DNA of 63,764 nt, the filler included, from Vannella sp. (taxonomy: Eukaryota), in assembly GCA_023345925.1 (NCBI GenBank). It is 6 parts of 6 records of this genome, joined end to end, with 100 filler letters (N's around TTAATTAATTAA, not from the genome) between each part and the next. Parts side by side here need not be neighbours in the genome. Positions count along the whole stretch, not along the records: positions 40,767 to 47,961 come from JAJQQN010001163.1; positions 48,062 to 52,630 come from JAJQQN010001130.1; positions 52,731 to 58,998 come from JAJQQN010001367.1; 3 more parts are not named here. One strand, 5' to 3'. Of this stretch, positions 46,711 to 57,043 are shown piece by piece. The position numbers and the translations under genes are program-made. Each line of letters starts with the position of its first letter. Within the stretch, counting starts at the first letter, position 1. The notes beneath the pieces were generated by a model. It saw only the letters and a list, made by a program, of their open reading frames with translations, had not been told where the DNA came from and made no database searches.

Positions 46711-47589
46711 CTACCAGTTGAACTGGAAGTGCTGATAGTCTTGATAGTCATCCCAGGATCCCAGCCATTCCCATCCAGGATGAGCCATGAAGGCATCGTA
46801 GCAAACTCCACCAGGTCCGATGATTGTCCCTGGAATCTGTGCGAAGAGTGAGTCCATGGGCAGTTGGATGGTACAGAGACGAACCACAAGAGATCGGTTA
46901 ACGTATGGCGCTCCTTCTGGAGGGAGAACTTGGTCCCCGTTCACGTACGGGTTGATCAGAGTGTTGACATCGACGGCTTTCCCGTAGCTGTGAAGCGAGA
47001 ACGTCCCTGGCTTGTTTGTAATGGCGCGGCAGCAAAAGGAGGACGTGTTGTTATCTGCCATGGCTGCTGCATCGCTTGCACCGTAGCGGGCCATCAAGTT
47101 CATCTTGTAGATGGGAAACCCGGCGACAAAGAGCTCCTCGAAGACTACTTTGACGGTGTTAGACACATTGGCGTGTACTATCATCTGTCCTCGTTCAACA
47201 GAAGCTTGGTCGCAGTTCCAGTAGGGCAGTTCGAGGAGAACAAGGTCTTCAATGGGGACGGGGCAGCCTTCGCGCCATGTCCCGTTCGCCAACATGTCTG
47301 CTACGATGAGGTCGGGAATGGGGTAGATGATCTGTCCTCTGGCATTGAGTTGAGAGCCGCTGGGCTTTGTAGGACAGAGCTGGAGCTCGTTGGCGGTAGG
47401 GAGAGTCTCCACCGACGTTGGCGGAGGACTGGGCGATGGACTCGTTGAAGGAGACGAGCCATCGTGGAACAGAAAAACAGCCCCTCCACTCACAATCGCT
47501 ACCACCACCAGCAAGCCCACCAACAGCGCCCCCACAAGAACATAAGTCCTCCTCCCCGGCTCTTCCTGCACCAACCCGTCTTCCAGCAT
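46711..47589 (-). CDS. Membrane-anchored M15-family Zn peptidase (D,D-carboxypeptidase / L-Ala-D-Glu peptidase-like)
   Basis: NNTSSFCCR, SLHSYGKAVD (SxHxxGxAxD), NPYV, WEWLGSW, DYQHF; N-terminal TM; probable in-frame 48-nt intron 46884-46837. Confidence 0.9.
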   Translation of the reverse strand: MLEDGLVQEEPGRRTYVLVGALLVGLLVVVAIVSGGAVFLFHDGSSPSTSPSPSPPPTSVETLPTANELQLCPTKPSGSQLNARGQIIYPIPDLIVADMLANGTWREGCPVPIEDLVLLELPYWNCDQASVERGQMIVHANVSNTVKVVFEELFVAGFPIYKMNLMARYGASDAAAMADNNTSSFCCRAITNKPGTFSLHSYGKAVDVNTLINPYVNGDQVLPPEGAPYVNRSLVVRLCTIQLPMDSLFAQIPGTIIGPGGVCYDAFMAHPGWEWLGSWDDYQDYQHFQFNW

Positions 47590-47696
47590 CGAAAAGATGA
47601 ATGTAGTCAATCCACATTCTTTCCTGCCTCTCCTTCAACTCCTTCCCACCCACACCCATTTAGGGAAGAGCAATCCGATTGGTCAGTTACCATTCC

Positions 47697-47961
47697 ATGA
47701 AAAGGGGAAGAACCCGTTTTCTGGCATGGTGGCCATTGTGGTGGCTCGTTGTCCACTCCTTTTCTCCCTTTGCAATGGCTACTGATTCTGGAGCAAACCT
47801 GGACGAGCTGGCCTCTCATATCAAGAGGTTGTATTCCCATCAATCCCGACGATGACGAGCTTCTCTACGGTAAGCATGCTGAGTTGATGAAGATGTCTTG
47901 CAAGTCATTTGCAGACTTGGTGCGCCTCAATCAACAAGCCAGTCTGGGCCTCAAGTATGTG
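47697..47961 (+). CDS. Possible 5' end of a secreted protein (truncated)
   Basis: MKRGRTRFLAWWPLWWLVVHSFSPFAMATDSGANLDELASHIK, signal-peptide-like; downstream splicing unresolved. Confidence 0.35.
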
Positions 47962-48061
47962 NNNNNNNNNNNNNNNNNNNNNNNNNNNNNNNNNNNNNNN
48001 NNNNNTTAATTAATTAANNNNNNNNNNNNNNNNNNNNNNNNNNNNNNNNNNNNNNNNNNNN
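47962..48061. other. Artificial contig spacer
   Basis: 44 N + TTAATTAATTAA + 44 N. Confidence 0.99.
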
Positions 48062-48526
48062 CAGCAAGTTGGAAGAAGAGAGGAGTCCAAGTCATAAGGG
48101 ATGAGATATAATGAGTCCTCACTGTCCGCTTCCTTCCTTTGTAGGGGAGGAAAACTCCCGTGGAACTCAATAGGCGGAGTTATACCACTCGGTGTGGGAG
48201 AATCATCAAGATTTGGGAACACGCCCTTCCAAATGAGGCATGTCTTCGCGTTGTTCAGAGAAGATTCAGAGATTTGTTCAGAGAGCGTCAACAATGGGGA
48301 GCAGGCCGGTGGCAGTTTGTTCCAGTTGTTGGCGCAAAAGACCACACATGCCACCCAACTTATGGTGATGGAAGCGTTGCATTCTTGAGTGAACTTGCAA
48401 CCCATTGGCATCCCCTTCGCCTGTAAGGCGTTTTCGTAAGGATTACAGGCGAAGATGAGACTCCCAGGAAGCGGCTTTTGAGTCACCCACTGTGGCAAGA
48501 ACATTCCCTTTGGAGCACCGAAAACT

Positions 48527-48603
48527 CAAAAAATGAAATCAAACCAAAAGCTTAACCTGAAGAGATGGGGGTCATCAGGACGCTCTACGCAAACATGGAT
48601 TCA
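48527..48603. repeat. Dispersed ~80-bp repeat, copy C
   Basis: AAAAATGAAATCAAACCAAAAGCTTAACCTGAAGAGATGGGGGTCATCAGG...CGCAAACATGGATT, homologous to copies A and B on another contig. Confidence 0.75.
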
Positions 48604-48756
48604 ATTCTCCTGCCAGGGTGGTGAATAGTCCACCTCCACTTGCATGTCTGAGCTGGATCATTGATAAAGGCAAAGATTGGAAGTAATTGGGGCTGAGTGG
48701 AGGCTTTACGGGGAAGAGGAAGGTCATTCTTTGGTGGCGGCGAAAGGGAGCTGGCG

Positions 48757-51268
48757 ATGACGTTCGTGTGGCAAAGTCTCATTCTCGTTGTGGAGTTTGC
48801 CATCTGCTTTGCGTTCTCGATCTTTGTGTACTCGCGGTTGGGTTCGTTTCGTCATCGGCCCTGGTATGTCTCCTTCTTCACCTTAGTGGGATGGATTTTC
48901 TGCTTCTTCATCGTCTTCCTCGTCCCCAACGATGTCGCCCAGGTGAGGAGGCTCCTCTAGGTGTTCATAGGACGTGTCTTACCTTCCTGTAGGCGGCGCA
49001 GTGCCCCACAGACGCTTGCAGCGGGATAGCAACGGCTGACTGTACTGGGATCATCATCGTCCCTCCCAATCTCATCCAGATCATTTGGACTGTAGTCTAC
49101 TGGCTCACTCTCTTCCTTACATGGTGCGAAGACGACTGAGCTCCGTTGGGCTTCTCATTAACCGCCTCTCAGGGGCGCCTTCCCCATCATGCAGGCGTAC
49201 TCGATGACAGGAGAGTTCTCCTTTGGCGAGAAGATGCGAACATCCATCAAGTCCAACCTGCTTCTGTACTCTGTCATGGGAGCGGTGCTGGTGGTGGTCG
49301 GCATCTTCTCCATGATAGAGTTCGGTATCAGCTGGAAGTCTCTACCAGACACAGTGACCTCTGCTGCAAACGCGTATGGTCTATTCCTTTTGATTGCGAT
49401 GCTGGGACACGGTCTGGTCAACGTTCCTCGTCGAATGTGGCGGAGGTCGCGAAGGGGGCTCAATCTGAAGCGTTATCAGTTTGAGATCGCACAATACGAT
49501 GCAAAGCTCTTTGAGTGCAACGAGTCCCTCGGGAAGACGCTGAAGGTGGGCTATCTTCGGAGATCCGCGCTCAGAGTGCGCTAACTGGCCAACAGAGGGT
49601 GAGAAAGGCTTCTGAGATCACTCCAGACACAGATGTGTATCGAAAGTACATCGATGTGATCATTAGCAAGTGCCCAAGGACCGCGTACAACTCTGTACCC
49701 TTTGGAGAAGGGAACATTGAGCTTTCCTACTCCACTCTCTCCCTTCTTCACGAGAAGCTGATGCGAGAGGATCACTCTGTTAAGCTCTATCAAACGTAAG
49801 GAGTCTAGCTACCTCTCCCCCTGTCTCGCCCTCACCTTCTTCAGTCTACTCGATCACAACATCCGCCAAGCCATCCGCACGGAGGACATCTTAAACAGCA
49901 AAGCAGGGAGCTCCTGGTAACTCACTCTCCCCTGTATGTGATGTCAGGGTGACTTACAACTACAAAGGCGCATCCATTGGTCCCTCACTCTGCCCCGAAC
50001 CCACAAACTCGCTCAAGTCCACGATCTTGCCGGTAAGGCTTCTCCCTTCTCCCTTCTCCCTTCCATGGAGGGAAGAGCGTGGAGAAAAGAGCGCTGCTGA
50101 TCAGTAGGCAGAGTTCCTTTGGTTCTGCTATGTCGAACCGCGCGTTTACCAACTTCTCTGTTTATTGATGATAGCGATGAGCGGGGTCATTGTTTGGAGT
50201 GAACTTGTGTTCTCTTTGTGCACTGGTGGGGCTCATAGTCTGCCAGACCTTTCTGTGTTCTCTCTTTACATCCGGGCAATGTCGAACAATTTACTATTCA
50301 GTGCGGCTTTGGTGCCCTTCGTCTTGCAGCTCTTCATCTTCATTCCTGTGGTCTACATTGCTTGGTGTGCTTACTCTAGCTTGTTTGAACTCCGCCTGTT
50401 CAACTACTATCACATGGTCGGCCATAACATGTCAGATTCGAACAGTTTGCTGTTTAGTGCGGCTTATCTTTGTCGGCTGACGGCCCCCATGGCTTACAAC
50501 TTTATGCAAATGTCTCATTATGACAATACCAAGTTTGTGGCGGTCATGGGCAAGCTGGATGTGGATGGACTGGGCATTAACGATCTCGGATACTATTTCC
50601 AGATGTATTTCCCTGTTCTTCTTCTGCCTTTCATTCTGATGACTCTCTTTGATGTGTACACGAAGATCATGACGTGCCTTCACATTAAGCGCTTTCAGTT
50701 TACGGATGACTTTGACCATTCTCTGATTTCCGATGGACAAGAGATTTTGCGAGAGGAACGGGAGCGCCGCATCCGAGTGGTCCAAGGTAAAGAGGAGATT
50801 CCCCCTCCTTCGGGTCGTTCTTCAGCGACAGAGCGCGTAGAAACTGCAGCGGCGACCTCATTGAACCCTCAACGTAATACGAGAGGAATTGGGTTTGATA
50901 GAGGCCAAGAGATGACCGTAAGTCGACAAGTCCATGCGCCGTTGCTAACCATTATACTTTAGGGACCCCTCTTAGATGATTCGCTCAATAATGAAAAGCC
51001 TGCAGGAGGTACAGGCAAGATGAAAAGCAGATTCATGAGTTTCTTCGGCCGTGGCGGCCTTGATGAAGCTGCCCCAGAAGCCCCTGCCACTCCACCCATA
51101 CGCACACGAGCTTCTAGAAATGCTGTCACGACTGCTGCTCAGAGACCTGGACCTGCGGAAGGGAATTCGCCCTTGTTTTCGTCTCGCCCGAAACGCACCG
51201 CCAAGGACCCGCCCGCTTTCAACTTTGAAGACCAACAAAGTTCCCGTTGGGACGAGTTGGACCTGTGA
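48757..51268 (+). CDS. LMBR1-domain membrane protein (LMBRD2-like)
   Basis: Multi-exon. GWIFCFFIVFLVPND, IWTVVYWL, PIMQAYSMTGEF, AANAYGLFL, LGHGLVNVPR, SLLFSAAYLCRLTAPMAYNF. Confidence 0.9.
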
Positions 51269-51363
51269 AGAGAGCGTGGCAAAGAAGTTAACAGTTTATA
51301 AATAGCATCCGGATTATGTACACGCGGCGCATTGGCGATTCATACCCTCAGGCGGGAACCTGT

Positions 51364-52485
51364 TCAAGTCAAAGAGATCGAGACCGAGAAGGAAGAGGAG
51401 TTGGAGTGCTCCATGGACTTGGCCTTTTGGCTTGACTCAAACTTGTGGGATTGAAGCTCAGTTTCCCAAGCTAGGAGCTCGTGGACTTCTCCAGAAGATA
51501 CGTTGAGAACTTCCAGCTCCACGTCAAAGCGAGGCCTCATGTTTGAGGCACCCAGGCCGTTCCACTCCGGCTTGAGGAAAAAGTGCATTTGGACGGGATC
51601 GTCCTTGTTGGAGATTGTCACTTCTTCGAGAGTCAGTTCATCCAAACGTTGGTGACATTTGATGATAGTTCTTCGTCCCTCATCCTTAGTCTTGACACAG
51701 CAGCGGTCATCTTCACAAAGTACAAGCTTTCCCTTATGTTGCGCAGGATCGAGATCTTGAGTGCGGACGCGGATCTGGAGTGTGACAGGGTCCGGAGAAG
51801 AAGTGCTCAGTTCGACATCAATCTTGCGCATCTTCCCGACCTTGGGTGGTGCCACGCAGCTTGCTTGCCAGGGTTGATTCCCATTGCCACGCTTGCCAAA
51901 GTTTAGCTCGACTCGGACTTGGTTGTTGGATCCGTCAATTAGGGCGGAACTGGGTCGTTCTGTTTTGGCCTTTCTTGTTACCTCCGGTTTGGGTGATTTG
52001 ACAGTTCTAACAGCTTTGGGCGCTTTGACGGCTTTGACTTTGGGTACAGGTTCAGCTTTAGAGACTTCCGATTTGAGCGGACAGGCCAAAAGCTCATCGA
52101 ATGGGCTCATTGGGAGCTCAGATTCATCTTCTGTCAGCTCTAGAAGGGAGGTGCTCATAGTCAGATCGAACTTGAACTTCTTGTTTGGGGGTTCATCCTC
52201 AGAATGGGCGGCACTGCCTGCGGGTGTGAAGCGCTGGATCGTGGAAAAGATGTCCGCAGGGCTGACGGAGATTCGGAGAGGATCAAACTGATAGCTTCGC
52301 TTGCGGAGAAGAAGAGACTTTTCCTCCTTTGGGTTCTTCCTTTCTGCGAAGAGATCGTCGATCGTGGAAGGTTTTCGCGCGCATCCGCTGACGAAAAGGG
52401 CTTCTGGTTCGTTTGCGTCTTCGTTGGGGCAAGAGTCGCCAACAATCCAGCTGGAAACTGATTCTCGAAGTGTTGAGTGCGTCAT
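51364..52485 (-). CDS. Hypothetical nuclear protein with C-terminal beta-rich domain
   Basis: 373-aa intronless ORF; NLS-like PPNKKFK; disordered N-half and alternating beta-strand C-half. Confidence 0.7.
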   Translation of the reverse strand: MTHSTLRESVSSWIVGDSCPNEDANEPEALFVSGCARKPSTIDDLFAERKNPKEEKSLLLRKRSYQFDPLRISVSPADIFSTIQRFTPAGSAAHSEDEPPNKKFKFDLTMSTSLLELTEDESELPMSPFDELLACPLKSEVSKAEPVPKVKAVKAPKAVRTVKSPKPEVTRKAKTERPSSALIDGSNNQVRVELNFGKRGNGNQPWQASCVAPPKVGKMRKIDVELSTSSPDPVTLQIRVRTQDLDPAQHKGKLVLCEDDRCCVKTKDEGRRTIIKCHQRLDELTLEEVTISNKDDPVQMHFFLKPEWNGLGASNMRPRFDVELEVLNVSSGEVHELLAWETELQSHKFESSQKAKSMEHSNSSSFSVSISLT

Positions 52486-52630
52486 GGTAGGTGGTGGGTG
52501 GCGCAGGGGTGCGAAAAAATGAAACAAGGTTGAGGAAAAAGTCGGGACCGATTCCCCGAAGGTCATTCCACCAATCAGCGAGCAGAATTCGAGTAATTTC
52601 GCGGAACAAATTTCGGCCCGCGTGTCCCTT

Positions 52631-52730
52631 NNNNNNNNNNNNNNNNNNNNNNNNNNNNNNNNNNNNNNNNNNNNTTAATTAATTAANNNNNNNNNNNNNN
52701 NNNNNNNNNNNNNNNNNNNNNNNNNNNNNN
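52631..52730. other. Artificial contig spacer
   Basis: 44 N + TTAATTAATTAA + 44 N. Confidence 0.99.
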
Positions 52731-53317
52731 AAGTTAGAAAAGATGAAATAATGACAACTGCAGGGCACAGGTGAAATGTATCAGAACAGAGGTGAAATGC
52801 GGATGTTGGGAATGATCTTCTTGACAACAGGCATGGAGTTCCTTCTTTCCTCACCACGGTAAAACAGGAGGCAAAGTGAGCATATGGAAGGGATGTAGGG
52901 TTCCTAGTGTTGATTGAGCCTGCGTCTGTTCTTTTGGAAGCCCCAATTCTCCCAACCCATTCATCCCACAGCCAGCATCCTTTTCCCTGTGATATCTTGT
53001 CCAATCGGGACTGGCCAATCGAGTTTCATCTCCTTCAGAAGATATTTAGCATCACTGGAGGTTTGAGAGCCGCAAACAGGGCAGTCATCGAGATGGCCGA
53101 CAAGTCCGAGTCCCCTTGTGCAATTCATCATTTAGATTGATTTAGATCACTTCGCACGAGGGGTCGGTCACCCCATAACGGGTGAGAAGCGGCCGATGTC
53201 CGAGGAAAGGAAGATAGAGCCATCCGCCAACTTAGAGATGGTGGCTTCATTCAAGCCTCCTGCGTTGAAACAAGTTACAGCTTGGGATACTCAGAATGCT
53301 CCAAGGCAAGAATCGAT

Positions 53318-54160
53318 TCATTTGAACATTTCTTCGTTGCAGGTGAATCGCCCCACCAAAGTGACTGTCCCAGACATAGTCACGGCAAAGTCCGCTGTCA
53401 ACTCGATCTCAATCACACCGCCAGGGCAATGAACATGGACAGGAGAGTCACAAAGCCCCAGTTTGTACACCACAGAAGCTGCTGCACAACTGCTACTCCC
53501 TGAAGCAAGTGTATAACCAGCACCACGCTCCCAAATCTCAATACGAATGGTGTTCCGGTCCATGACTTGCACGAATTGTACATTCGTCCTCTTGGGGAAC
53601 ACCGCCGTGGCCTTCTCTATCAGCGGGCCCCATTGGCAAGCAAGTGTCTTGGTGAGACACTCTGTTAAGTGTACAGCGTGGGGGTTCCCGATAGTGGCGG
53701 CACTGAGGACGATGGTGGAGTCGCCGATCCTCATTTCTTCGAGTAGGACGTCTCGGGGAGGGCCTGATACGGGTATGTCGGTGCTAGAGAAGCTAACGTG
53801 CCCCATTTGTATGGAGATATCATCTGGAGCGTTCACTACGCAGGACACAGTCCCTCCCAAGGTCTCAATTGTGAAGGGAACGCCTTCCGACACCGTTCCT
53901 TGGTCGTAAAGATACCTTGCAAAGATGCGTAGTCCATTACCACTCTTCTCCGCTTGCGAGCCATCTGGATTCCAGATCTCCAAGCGACAAAGAGCCTTCG
54001 AAGAGGGAAGAGGCCCGTACAGGATACCATCCGACCCCACTCCATAGTTCCGATGACACACACGCTTGATCTCTTCCACTGCGTACATCTCAGCGCGCTC
54101 CCGTACGTCTAGCACGAGGTAATCGTTCCCCAACGCGTGGTACTTGACCAAACTCGCCAT
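53318..54160 (-). CDS. dapF: Diaminopimelate epimerase family protein (Ser/Ser active-site variant)
   Basis: KYHALGNDY, GVGSDG, NPDGSQAEKSGNGLR, IGNPHAV, TNVQF, WERGAGYTLASGSSSCAAA; intronless. Confidence 0.88.
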   Translation of the reverse strand: MASLVKYHALGNDYLVLDVRERAEMYAVEEIKRVCHRNYGVGSDGILYGPLPSSKALCRLEIWNPDGSQAEKSGNGLRIFARYLYDQGTVSEGVPFTIETLGGTVSCVVNAPDDISIQMGHVSFSSTDIPVSGPPRDVLLEEMRIGDSTIVLSAATIGNPHAVHLTECLTKTLACQWGPLIEKATAVFPKRTNVQFVQVMDRNTIRIEIWERGAGYTLASGSSSCAAASVVYKLGLCDSPVHVHCPGGVIEIELTADFAVTMSGTVTLVGRFTCNEEMFK

Positions 54161-54307
54161 CCTCGCGTACAATGATCTACAGACACTCACAGGACTGTAC
54201 CTGATCCCCCTGGTCGCAGGAATCAAAGGAAGGAGGAGGGAAGAGGCCAACCGCCTGGCAAATGGCGGCCACCGGACTCATTTGGTCACCGCCTGGTGCT
54301 GCGTGCG

Positions 54308-57007
54308 ATGGAGCCAGAGGAACAGAACGTCGATCACGCCACTTTGGAGGACTTCTCCATTGAAGGGTTCATCGTAGACAACGAGTTAGAGATGGAAACG
54401 GACACGGACACGGACTTGACCGAGTCCGAGAGCGGGCCATCGCGAAGAGAGCGCATTATCATGGAGCTACGAAGCACAGAGAACTCCTTTGTGGAGTTCC
54501 TTACTATTCTGAACGTGTTCTTCTACAAGCCACTCTTGCTGGACCTCCAACGGAACCCTGAAAGTTCCATGTTGAGCGAAGCGGACATTAACACGATCTT
54601 TAAGAACTTTAAGAAGATCCTCGACCTCAACAGTGCGTTGCTTCGTAAGATTCAGAAGGTCTGCGACGCGCCAGGCTTCTCCTACGAGAGTAGTCTCTTC
54701 GCCGACATCTTCGTGGAGTGCTTCAACGACCCCGCTTTCCCGGTGCAGGAGGAGTATCAGGTCTATACCAACAACTATAACAACTCTCTTACATGCCTAG
54801 TACACCACCAGAAGACCAACGAGAGGTTCCAGCACTTCACGCAAGAGGCTCTCAAGAAGCATGTCGGCTTTGCCAACCTCCAGAGTTACCTCATCACGCC
54901 AGTACAACGGCTACCACGCTACGTTATGATGTTGAATGACTTGCGCAAGCATACATCCCCAGAGCACCCCGATACGCCCTTCCTCATCCAAGCGGTCAAC
55001 CAAATCCTCGAGATCACGAAGCAGATCGATGCGGGCAAGGACTTCTTTGAGGAGTTCATGCGCAAGGAGATCCTCTTCAAGAAGTTCACAAAGATGGAGC
55101 AAGCCCTCATCAAACCTCTCGTAAACGCCGAAGAACGGATCGTCACGGAGGCGCCTCTTATAGAGATGTCCAAGGGCAAGCTGTTGCTTCGCTATGTGAT
55201 TGTAACGAGTAACTACATCATCATCACTCGTAAGAAGAGTGATACCGTCCTTAAGCTCTGCTACAGCTTGGGCATTCTCTCATGCAATGTCCGTTTCGAT
55301 GAGGACGCCAAGACCAAGTCGAAGTTCATTGAGATCTCCTACAACGACCCCATAGACACCGTCCCCTTTGTGAGGAAGCTATCACACACCTTTATGCCCG
55401 TCACAAGCAAGCAGTTCGGCTGGGGCTTCTGGGAGAGGACATTGAAGCAGTGTACCAGCCGTATCTTTGATGCTGAGGCGCTCATGCTTCGTTCCACGGC
55501 CACCAAGTCACATTTGCAGACGGTGTTGCTGACAGCGCACCATTGGGACCTCATCTCCATCGGTGCCCAGCAGCAGGACCACGAAGTAGTGGGTGCTGAG
55601 CTTGTCACAGAAGGCCAGATGATGGACCACGTGTTCTATATCCGTTCGGGAGCGGTGGATGTGGTGAAGGTGATTGATGGAGAGCAAAAGGTGCTCGTTT
55701 CCATGTGCGAAGGCAGTTTTGTGGGAGATATTAGCTTCCTCACGGCCATCAAGACTCGCACTACCACCGCGGCAACGGCTACGATTGTCACTTCGCAGCC
55801 AGGGACAAGTGTGATTAAGATCTCCCACGACCAGCTGCTTTCTACTCTTGATGAGCAGCACGAGATTGCTTGGCGCTTCTATTTCCTCATGAGCGCCTTG
55901 TTTGGTGAGCGCCTTATCCGAGTGAATAGCATTCTCTCCCAAAATATGTCTTTCGGAGATGCTCGGAAGATCACCAACCGCAGTTTGAGCGTGGCTAACC
56001 TTCAATCCTCCTCGGAGAAGAATCAAATCAATAAGCCGGACAGCATTACGAAGGATGCCGAGTCTATTGTGGCTCCCAGTTCTCCAGCGCTGGAGAAGAA
56101 AGGGTCTGTCATCCTGGGGTCGTTATCGAAGAAGTACTCTTCCGTTGAAAAGGTCATTAGTGAGGCCATCCTCGAGGAAATGGCTTGTAAGTTCCAAGTG
56201 GGAGGTTCTTCTCATACGGGGTCGCTCCTTCTCTCCCGCAATCACTTGTGCTTCTACCGAAAAGTCTTTGGGAAGAAAACGCAGATTGTTATCCCTGGCG
56301 TGGCGCTCTTGGATGTCAAGATGGAGACACCGGAGAGCAAGGAAGTGATCATCCGCTATCTTGCTGTGGGCAAAAACAAGTCTACGGACAAGGAAGTCTC
56401 AAACGAGCTTGATATTCACGTTTCCTTCCGCGCTACAAAGATGGCCAAAGAGGCTTGCGCCTCTCTTCGCAAGTTTACCCAAGAAAAGCGCTCAGCAAGT
56501 ATTGAATGGTCAAAGCTTCCTTCAAAGGGAACCGCCGCTTTTGAGGAAAAGGCGGGAGATATGTTCCAGGGAGACCAGGTTCTCCTTCGCGGACATGTGG
56601 CTGTCCAGCCAGGTCTTCTGTTGGATTGTGTGTACCAACTGAGTATGGGAACCTGCCGAGTGGAGATTCAAAACTCCGATGGCAAACGGCAAGTGGTTGG
56701 TTCTATTGAGACTGGAGAGACCTTTGGAGAGCTCAGCTTCTTGCTGGGGACTGTCTCCAGTGCATATGTGATTGTGGACTCTGACTCTGCCATCATCTCC
56801 AAATGTTCTTGGGCGCAATTAGCGGCTGTAACAGCCAATGACCAAGAAGCCGCCGTCACTTTCTACCGCTTCCTCGCCCAGATGCTCTGCAAACGATTCC
56901 TCGCTGCTGAACGCAAAGCCGTTCGAGGAAAGACTGCAGCGCCACCGCCCTCACGTGAGCCCAAAACGCGTCGTCAACGCTCCCGCAATTCTGTTGCCGA
57001 AGTGTAA
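54308..57007 (+). CDS. RhoGEF with DH-PH-cNMP-GRAM-cNMP architecture
   Basis: DH: ELRSTENSFV...YLITPVQRLPRY. cNMP1: FYIRSGAVDV..GSFVGDISFL. GRAM: HTGSLLLSRNHLCFYRKVFG. cNMP2: GETFGELSFL. Confidence 0.88.
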   Translation: MEPEEQNVDHATLEDFSIEGFIVDNELEMETDTDTDLTESESGPSRRERIIMELRSTENSFVEFLTILNVFFYKPLLLDLQRNPESSMLSEADINTIFKNFKKILDLNSALLRKIQKVCDAPGFSYESSLFADIFVECFNDPAFPVQEEYQVYTNNYNNSLTCLVHHQKTNERFQHFTQEALKKHVGFANLQSYLITPVQRLPRYVMMLNDLRKHTSPEHPDTPFLIQAVNQILEITKQIDAGKDFFEEFMRKEILFKKFTKMEQALIKPLVNAEERIVTEAPLIEMSKGKLLLRYVIVTSNYIIITRKKSDTVLKLCYSLGILSCNVRFDEDAKTKSKFIEISYNDPIDTVPFVRKLSHTFMPVTSKQFGWGFWERTLKQCTSRIFDAEALMLRSTATKSHLQTVLLTAHHWDLISIGAQQQDHEVVGAELVTEGQMMDHVFYIRSGAVDVVKVIDGEQKVLVSMCEGSFVGDISFLTAIKTRTTTAATATIVTSQPGTSVIKISHDQLLSTLDEQHEIAWRFYFLMSALFGERLIRVNSILSQNMSFGDARKITNRSLSVANLQSSSEKNQINKPDSITKDAESIVAPSSPALEKKGSVILGSLSKKYSSVEKVISEAILEEMACKFQVGGSSHTGSLLLSRNHLCFYRKVFGKKTQIVIPGVALLDVKMETPESKEVIIRYLAVGKNKSTDKEVSNELDIHVSFRATKMAKEACASLRKFTQEKRSASIEWSKLPSKGTAAFEEKAGDMFQGDQVLLRGHVAVQPGLLLDCVYQLSMGTCRVEIQNSDGKRQVVGSIETGETFGELSFLLGTVSSAYVIVDSDSAIISKCSWAQLAAVTANDQEAAVTFYRFLAQMLCKRFLAAERKAVRGKTAAPPPSREPKTRRQRSRNSVAEV

Positions 57008-57043
57008 CGCTTCCCTCGCCTCCTAAAGCCTTCTGGTTCTCCT

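Noticed and set aside
48062..48504. Overlapping ORFs on both strands at the contig start
   Set aside because: Could not decide strand or frame; no RT, transposase or other motif recognised.
52731..53310. Short ORFs at the start of contig 5
   Set aside because: No motif or splice support.
46711..54160. Bacterial contamination as the source of the M15 peptidase and dapF
   Set aside because: Each sits on a contig with clearly eukaryotic genes; the peptidase also has a probable intron and a eukaryotic-style anchor.
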